This document shows, in pieces, positions 57,732 through 64,000 of a DNA stretch of 64,000 nt. The number at the start of each line of letters is the position of its first letter. The stretch's first letter is position 1. The translations under genes were made by a program, and so were the position numbers. The notes below the pieces were generated by a model that worked only from the letters and a program-made list of their open reading frames with translations, was not told the origin of the DNA and did no database searches. This stretch comes from a virus. The stretch is from positions 32,001-96,000 of the IMG/VR virus record IMGVR_UViG_3300025759_000063, one strand, 5' to 3'.

Positions 57732-58339
57732 CCAGTGGGATTAAAAAAGAATAATTGAACTAATCGACCATTTTCTAGAGAATTGCCAAAATTATAATTA
57801 TGAGAATGCCATAAGTCAGCTCTGAATATTACAATACGATTGTAATTCATTGGGGACAATAAGTATCTAGTCCATTTTGATCTATCTAGTCCTTCTCCAT
57901 AAACAGTTGTATTCCATGCTTCTTTTGATGAGAAATAACCATAATGATTTGCTTCTTTGTCTGTTTGTGGACACCTTTCCATTTTAGTTTTATTATGCAT
58001 CCAAAATGAGGTCCCACCTTCATCAATAGATTGTTCTGGTGGATTGAGATAACAAACAGCACCAAATTCCCATGTCGGATCTACATGAACATCTTGGCGA
58101 TAAGAGTCTGACTCCAACGACAATCTAAAGTATCCGTTGGGTTGTGCTGGAATGAGTTTGCGATTGAGAATTGACTCAAATCTATTGTGAAGTTCTGGGG
58201 GATAGTAGTTGTCTTGTGAATTTTTTCCTGGATATGTGTACTGATCACTGGGATCGGGATATGGTGAGTTTAATGCTATTTTTCTTATCTTATCTGGTTC
58301 AGAATAAAAACCATCAAGTATAATAATACTACGTCTCAT
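57725..58339 (-). CDS. DUF6445-like 2OG-Fe(II) oxygenase
   Basis: IILDGFY..PD.IR, YPG, VHVD, GGTSFW, YNRIVIF, WHS and RLVQLFF motifs. Confidence 0.78.
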   Translation of the reverse strand: MRRSIIILDGFYSEPDKIRKIALNSPYPDPSDQYTYPGKNSQDNYYPPELHNRFESILNRKLIPAQPNGYFRLSLESDSYRQDVHVDPTWEFGAVCYLNPPEQSIDEGGTSFWMHNKTKMERCPQTDKEANHYGYFSSKEAWNTTVYGEGLDRSKWTRYLLSPMNYNRIVIFRADLWHSHNYNFGNSLENGRLVQLFFFNPTGW

Positions 58340-58379
58340 TATAAATGAATTTTATGTCATTTTATTTATGAAGAGTTTA

Positions 58380-61300
58380 TTATACTATTTGTTTTCCAGA
58401 TACTTGTACATCTATTGTTGATGTTTGATCTACCTGAACATTTAATATATCATTAAGATTTAACCTCTTAGGGCTGCTATCTATTATTTCAACACTACCA
58501 TATTTTGGTATTATTAGATTGTCTACTATTCTTATAGTACTTACTCCATTTGCAATACTTAAACTTATTGGATATGCGCCAGTATCTGTACGATTGGTAA
58601 GTCTTATAGATTGTATCACACTGGGATAAGTTGAAGATGTATAAATTCCAATTGGATCAGTAACTCCAATTCCAACAGTACCAAATCCAACGCCAAAATA
58701 CTCCGTGCTTGTCTTTTCTTGGTATGATACGTGTACCTCAACTACACTATCAGCACCATTTCTATCATAATCCAAACCTCTCATTGCAATTTGGTCTGAA
58801 GGATTTAATATTTGAGGCTGAATCAGAAGATCTATTCCAGTACCTGTAGGAATTGGTACGCTGTATGCAAAGTAAGATCTTTCTCCACCATTAAAATCAA
58901 AGGAACCAGTTACATTAACTTCAGTATTTCCTGCAGCAACATTTGCTGCATGTATTGAATATACTATGTATTGTTTTCCTGCTGTAGAAGGGAAGGTTAT
59001 TATTGAACCACCAATTCCAGTTAAAACTGCGGAAAAACTGCTTGTAATTCCTGTATTAAATTGATAAGAATCTACAGATTCTGCGGAAACTCCAGTTAGA
59101 TTTGAACCGTCACCATAATAAGTAACAACACCAGAAGTTGCAGTGATGATACCCGATGAAATTTGAACTGTTCCTAATGTAGAAACCCCAGAAATTTTAA
59201 TATCACCAATGACATCTAGTTTTGATTGTGGATTTGTCGTTCCAATACCGACATTCTCAGTGCTTCCAAAAGGTGCTAACTGAATAGTTCCATCAGCATT
59301 TACATCAATACTTGGAATACCAGAAACATCATTGACTGAGAAGATAGAACCTGATGTGAGATTATTGGTAACAGAGAACAGTTGACCAGCAGATCCCTGA
59401 ACATCAATTGCAGTAGTTCCAGTTCCAACATCAATTGTCAGTTTTGCTGTTGGAGTTGTTGTTCCAATGGAAAGTGAATCACGAACAGTTGCTGTTCCAT
59501 TTACGTCAAGTGTTTGAGTTGGAATTGTGGTTCCGATACCAACTTTTCCATCAGAGATTATTCTAGCCCTTTCTGTTCCATTTGTCGCAAATGCAATTCC
59601 ATCATCAGACGCTCTAAAAATTCCAGTATTTTGATCTAACTTAAATGAAATTGATGGACTTGACTCAGTACCATCAGCAAATAATACATTATTGTTAAAG
59701 GTTGATATTCCAGTTACTGTTACACCTTGACCTACGATTAAAGTATCTTTAACGTCAACATTATTGTTAAAGGTTGATATTCCAGTTACAGTAACACCTT
59801 GACCTACGATTAAAGTATCTTTAACGTCAACATTATTGTTAAAGGTTGATATTCCAGTTACTGTTACACCTTGACCAACTGTTAAGGTGTTATTAATGTT
59901 GACATTATCATTAAAGGTTGATATTCCAGTTACAGTAACACCTTGACCTACGATTAAAGTATCTTTAACGTCAACATTATTGTTAAAGGTTGATATTCCA
60001 GTTACTGTTAATCCACTTCCAACAATTAAAGTATCTTTAACGTCAACATTATTGTTAAAGGTTGATATTCCAGTTACAGTAACACCTTGACCAACAGTTA
60101 AAGTGTCTCTAATATCTAAATTTGCACCTACATCAACATTAGAATTGAACGTAGAAATACCAGTTATAGTAACTCCTTGACCAACTGTTAAAGTGTTTTG
60201 GATATCTACGGATGCATCAATATCCAAATTAGATGCAAAGGTAGAAACACCTGTTACTGTTAATCCACCACCAACAGTTAAAGTGTCTCTAATATCTACA
60301 TTTGCATTTATATCAACATTAGAATTAAAAGTAGAAATACCAGTTACGGTAACACCTTGACCAACTGTTAAAGTCTCTTGGATATCTACATTTGCATTTA
60401 TATCCAAATTAGATGCAAAGGTAGAAACACCTGTTACTGTTAATCCACCACCAACTACTAAACTATCTTGTATATCTACATTTGCATTTATATCAACATT
60501 GGAATTGAATGTAGAGATACCTGTTACAGTAACTCCTTGACCAACAGTTAAAGTGTTTTGGATATCTACATTTGCATTTATATCAACATTATCATTAAAA
60601 GTAGAAATACCTGTTACAGTAACTCCTTGACCAACAGTTAAAGTGTTTTGGATATCTAAATTGGCATCAACATCAACAAAATCTTGGAAAGTTGTGATTC
60701 CAGTTTTTGTGTCATTTTCGTCGGACCTTAAAAACTGAGTAGAATCTACACCATCTAATGATGATGCATCTCCTGCCGACATAGAGGTAGTATCTGCCCA
60801 GGTTGCTCCAGCACCAGTTGAAACTAAAACTTGACTTGCTTGTCCTGGTTTATTTAATGCATCATAAAATTCCCCACGAATTCTGATACTTCCAGCAATA
60901 TCAAGAAGTGCTGTCGGATTAGTGGTTCCAATACCAACAGATTGAGTTGCAATTCCAGTTACACGAAGTCTTTCTTGTCCGCCAGTTTCGATGGTAAATG
61001 TGTCATCACTTGGAAATCTGATTGCAGTGTCAGTATCTCCGGTATGAACAATCTTATCTGCAACAGAAACTTCACCAGAAACGCTGAGTGTTGTGAGAGT
61101 TCCAAGACCCGTCAGTGAAGAAGCAGTTACACCAGAACCTAATGTTGTTGCAGAAAGGACTTCTGTATTGTTAATCTTATAAACTTTACCAGATTCTAAA
61201 TCTAAACTTTGAGAAAGAGTTCCAAGACCCGTCAGTGAAGAAGCAGTTACACCAGAACCTAATGTTGTTGCAGAAAGGACTTCTGTATTGTTAATCTTAT

Positions 61301-62216
61301 AAACTTTACCAGACTCAATATCTAAGTCTTCAATAAGAGTTCCTAATGATGTAAGAGAAGAATTAGTAACTCCTGATCCTAATGTTGTAGAAGATAAAAC
61401 TTCGGTATTGTTAATCTTATAAACTTTACCAGACTCAATATCTAAGTCTTCAATAAGAGTTCCTAATGATGTAAGAGAAGAATTAGTAACTCCTGATCCT
61501 AATGTTGTTGCAGAAAGGACTTCTGTCTGATCGATTTGATATGCTTTGCCAGATGCTACGTTAAGATTTTCACTAGATTTTAATGAAGGATTTGTTCCTC
61601 CATTATATTCGTAAAGGAAAGTATTATCTGGTCCTATTTTGATACCTGCACCATCGGCAAGCATATCGGATGTCGCCGTAGAGGCAATACCGACAATAAA
61701 GTCTGCAAGCTCAATTGTGGTAGAATTGATTATAGTTTCTGTTCCATCAACATATAAGTCACCCTTAATTCTAACTACGCCACTAGTAGTTCCAACACCA
61801 ACAGGCATTGGGTCAATAATTAAATTTGCAGGACCTTGAATAGTCGCAGTATCTGATGTTCCATTGAAAATAGATACACCAACCCCTGTGGTTTCAAATT
61901 TCTTAGATCCATCATTATAAAGTTCTACACTTCCACCATCATTAAATTTACCAATTGGATTTCCGTTTAAAGAACTAGAAATATTGACATCGTTACTAAA
62001 TGTAGAAACACCAGATACCCTCAGAGTCCCATTTACATCAAAATCCGATTTTGGAGAAGTTGTTCCAATTCCTATACTGTTTCCAATATAAAGATTTTGG
62101 GAAATCGTAGCATTTCCTGCAACATCCAAAGACTCCTTGGGATCTGCTGTTCCAATACCAATTCGTTGATCTTTTAAGATAAAGTCGTCAGAAAATACTA
62201 TGCGATTTTTCGCCAT
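58380..62216 (-). CDS. Tail fibre protein
   Basis: Multiple VGIGTT.P motifs, tandem TLTVGQGVTVTGISTFN repeats and 40-aa repeats; CTAAATA at 62242-62248. Confidence 0.8.
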   Translation of the reverse strand: MAKNRIVFSDDFILKDQRIGIGTADPKESLDVAGNATISQNLYIGNSIGIGTTSPKSDFDVNGTLRVSGVSTFSNDVNISSSLNGNPIGKFNDGGSVELYNDGSKKFETTGVGVSIFNGTSDTATIQGPANLIIDPMPVGVGTTSGVVRIKGDLYVDGTETIINSTTIELADFIVGIASTATSDMLADGAGIKIGPDNTFLYEYNGGTNPSLKSSENLNVASGKAYQIDQTEVLSATTLGSGVTNSSLTSLGTLIEDLDIESGKVYKINNTEVLSSTTLGSGVTNSSLTSLGTLIEDLDIESGKVYKINNTEVLSATTLGSGVTASSLTGLGTLSQSLDLESGKVYKINNTEVLSATTLGSGVTASSLTGLGTLTTLSVSGEVSVADKIVHTGDTDTAIRFPSDDTFTIETGGQERLRVTGIATQSVGIGTTNPTALLDIAGSIRIRGEFYDALNKPGQASQVLVSTGAGATWADTTSMSAGDASSLDGVDSTQFLRSDENDTKTGITTFQDFVDVDANLDIQNTLTVGQGVTVTGISTFNDNVDINANVDIQNTLTVGQGVTVTGISTFNSNVDINANVDIQDSLVVGGGLTVTGVSTFASNLDINANVDIQETLTVGQGVTVTGISTFNSNVDINANVDIRDTLTVGGGLTVTGVSTFASNLDIDASVDIQNTLTVGQGVTITGISTFNSNVDVGANLDIRDTLTVGQGVTVTGISTFNNNVDVKDTLIVGSGLTVTGISTFNNNVDVKDTLIVGQGVTVTGISTFNDNVNINNTLTVGQGVTVTGISTFNNNVDVKDTLIVGQGVTVTGISTFNNNVDVKDTLIVGQGVTVTGISTFNNNVLFADGTESSPSISFKLDQNTGIFRASDDGIAFATNGTERARIISDGKVGIGTTIPTQTLDVNGTATVRDSLSIGTTTPTAKLTIDVGTGTTAIDVQGSAGQLFSVTNNLTSGSIFSVNDVSGIPSIDVNADGTIQLAPFGSTENVGIGTTNPQSKLDVIGDIKISGVSTLGTVQISSGIITATSGVVTYYGDGSNLTGVSAESVDSYQFNTGITSSFSAVLTGIGGSIITFPSTAGKQYIVYSIHAANVAAGNTEVNVTGSFDFNGGERSYFAYSVPIPTGTGIDLLIQPQILNPSDQIAMRGLDYDRNGADSVVEVHVSYQEKTSTEYFGVGFGTVGIGVTDPIGIYTSSTYPSVIQSIRLTNRTDTGAYPISLSIANGVSTIRIVDNLIIPKYGSVEIIDSSPKRLNLNDILNVQVDQTSTIDVQVSGKQIV

Positions 62217-62284
62217 TTTTAATTCTACCCTTCTATAATAGTATTTAGATTGTTATTTTTTGCAAATTGGTATTGATAAAATTA

Positions 62285-64000
62285 TTATACTCTTGTTGGG
62301 AATTTATTATAAACTAATGTATTATTTGCATAATTTGGTGTCACATTCAATCTTACATTTATTCCACTTAAATCAGCACTATATTCTACAAGATTTTCGG
62401 TATCAGAAATTCCAGCATATTCTACGATAGAAACGCTGGTGGTTGCAGAACCAACCGATTGTAAAAGTAATATATCAGAAATTTGGAAACTCTCCACCAA
62501 ATTAGAAACAGTAAAACTAAATCCTGTTCCAACAACTTCACTAAACGATGAATAAAGATTATTATTGTTTACTGATAGAACTTCTCCAATTTGGAATCCA
62601 GATCCCTGTTTCTGTATGTCTACATTTGTAACTATCCCATCAATGTAAACATTTGGATTTGCAGAAACATCATAACCTAATGTTACATAATCAGTTCCTG
62701 CAAAGTCCTTAGTAATTCTAAATGTATTGTTATCAATAGGATCAATATAATAATATGTTGTTCCTCCATATCCAGGACCAGGAAGAATATCATACTGAGA
62801 ATCATATCCAAGAACAGGAGTTAATACTGCTTCTGTAAATGGAGAAATTGTGGGACTATCTGTGGTTATTCCTGGAACTTCTGTATATCCCAATCCAGTA
62901 GTTGCCCTTACAGAATAAATTCCCAATCCAACTGTTGAAAATCCAACTGGTTGAACTAATCCAGGAGAATCAATAGAAACTGTTACTGGAATATCAGCAG
63001 ATGTATATCCATATCCTGGATTTGTTAAATTAATTCCAGTCAAAACAATATCATCAACTTGAGCAGTAGCATTAGTTCCTCCCCCACCACTTAAACTCAC
63101 ACCTGGTTTTGATGTTTGGAAACCTGCTCCGGGTGAAATTACGTCAATGTTAGAAACAATCAGTTCCGTAATAGTGATAGCAGCACCAACTCCAGTTCCA
63201 TTAACTACTATTGTTGGTGGAGTTGTGTATCCAGTTCCGGGATTTATCACATTAACAGACAGAATTGTTCCACCTATAGATATAGATCCAACTGAAATGA
63301 GTGCATCATTCCCTATTCCATTTACACCATTGACAGTAAGTGTTACGGTATTATCATAACCTGATCCTCCTGTAATTAATATATTTGTATCAGATAATCC
63401 AAGACCAACTGAAACAACTGGGGATTCTGTTGGAGTTTGATTGTAAGATACTGTTGGTGGGGAAGTATAAGCAGATCCTACGCCAGTAATTGTGAATGTC
63501 GATATGCCAAATCCAACAATTCCTTCTGCGGTTACTCCTGATCCTACTGGAGTATCGAAAGTTACTGTTGGAATGGTGTTTGTAGATATCCCTGAGGAAT
63601 TAAGAATTACGTTAGTAACCTTCATGGAAACTTCTGTAACTAATGCAGTAGATCCAATTCCAACTCCAAGAACTGGATTGCCCGATATAATTGGGGAATC
63701 AATAATTATATTTGGGATACTTGTGAATCCTGCTCCAGAATTTGCTACTTGTATCTCAGTTATTCTAGATTCTTCATAAGTATTTGGATTAAGGGTAGTA
63801 TCAAATGCCACAAGAGTTGCTGTAGGTATTCCTGCAATACTATCAGTAGTGGTAAAAATGCCACCAGTTAGTGTAGTGGAAGAAATTTGAGTTGATACTT
63901 TTGGACTTACAGTTATATTTGCTGTTGCTTGTTCTCCGGTTAATCCAGAAATTAGAGAAACATTTTGATAAGTTCCTGGAGAATAATTGGAACCTGATGT
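62285..64000 (-). CDS. Tail fibre/virion structural protein (partial, frame open to window end)
   Basis: G.GY..P repeats; the frame has no stop upstream of the track's GTG at 63811. Confidence 0.75.
   Translation of the reverse strand, partial: TSGSNYSPGTYQNVSLISGLTGEQATANITVSPKVSTQISSTTLTGGIFTTTDSIAGIPTATLVAFDTTLNPNTYEESRITEIQVANSGAGFTSIPNIIIDSPIISGNPVLGVGIGSTALVTEVSMKVTNVILNSSGISTNTIPTVTFDTPVGSGVTAEGIVGFGISTFTITGVGSAYTSPPTVSYNQTPTESPVVSVGLGLSDTNILITGGSGYDNTVTLTVNGVNGIGNDALISVGSISIGGTILSVNVINPGTGYTTPPTIVVNGTGVGAAITITELIVSNIDVISPGAGFQTSKPGVSLSGGGGTNATAQVDDIVLTGINLTNPGYGYTSADIPVTVSIDSPGLVQPVGFSTVGLGIYSVRATTGLGYTEVPGITTDSPTISPFTEAVLTPVLGYDSQYDILPGPGYGGTTYYYIDPIDNNTFRITKDFAGTDYVTLGYDVSANPNVYIDGIVTNVDIQKQGSGFQIGEVLSVNNNNLYSSFSEVVGTGFSFTVSNLVESFQISDILLLQSVGSATTSVSIVEYAGISDTENLVEYSADLSGINVRLNVTPNYANNTLVYNKFPTRV

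Noticed and set aside
591-63779. Plus-strand ORFs in the track (e.g. 31347..32186, 41649..42326, 33374..33970)
   Set aside because: Antisense shadows of well-supported minus-strand genes, with no recognisable motifs
1-64000. tRNA/rRNA genes, IS elements, introns or inteins
   Set aside because: No cloverleaf with T-loop GTTCRA context, transposase, or interrupted conserved gene recognised by eye; tRNAscan-SE/Infernal would be needed to exclude them formally

Overview
Fragment of a T4-like (myovirus) cyanophage genome, with essentially all real genes on the minus strand. It has three parts. (1) 1-19.6 kb is an AT-rich baseplate/virion module (DUF4815-like partial, gp8, two gp7-like giants, gp6, gp25) plus small conserved ORFs. 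(2) 19.6-43.4 kb is an early/accessory region of many short ORFs punctuated by 18 copies of a 29-bp motif (minus strand CTGAGCCMCTTAAAGTGTYCYAGTAGTGT). It carries an origin-like non-coding block (divergent sigma70 promoters, 56-bp tandem repeats, DnaA-box cluster, AT-rich tract), Dam plus a MutH/Sau3AI-like nuclease, an SF2 helicase, an HNH endonuclease, two ParB-like proteins, CP12, a CAAD/CurT-like membrane protein and a compact late-promoter/small-RNA/complementary-leader module. (3) 43.4-64 kb is a late island with three paralogous genes that together encode 54 kelch-like blades (9 predicted six-bladed propellers) with constant scaffolds and hypervariable loops. These are flanked by a prolyl-hydroxylase-like 2OG-Fe(II) oxygenase, two DUF6445-like oxygenases, glycosyltransferases, an FkbM methyltransferase and a sulfotransferase, followed by tail-fibre genes. 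No tRNA, CRISPR array, integrase or reverse transcriptase was seen. All family assignments are by eye from motifs; no database search was run.
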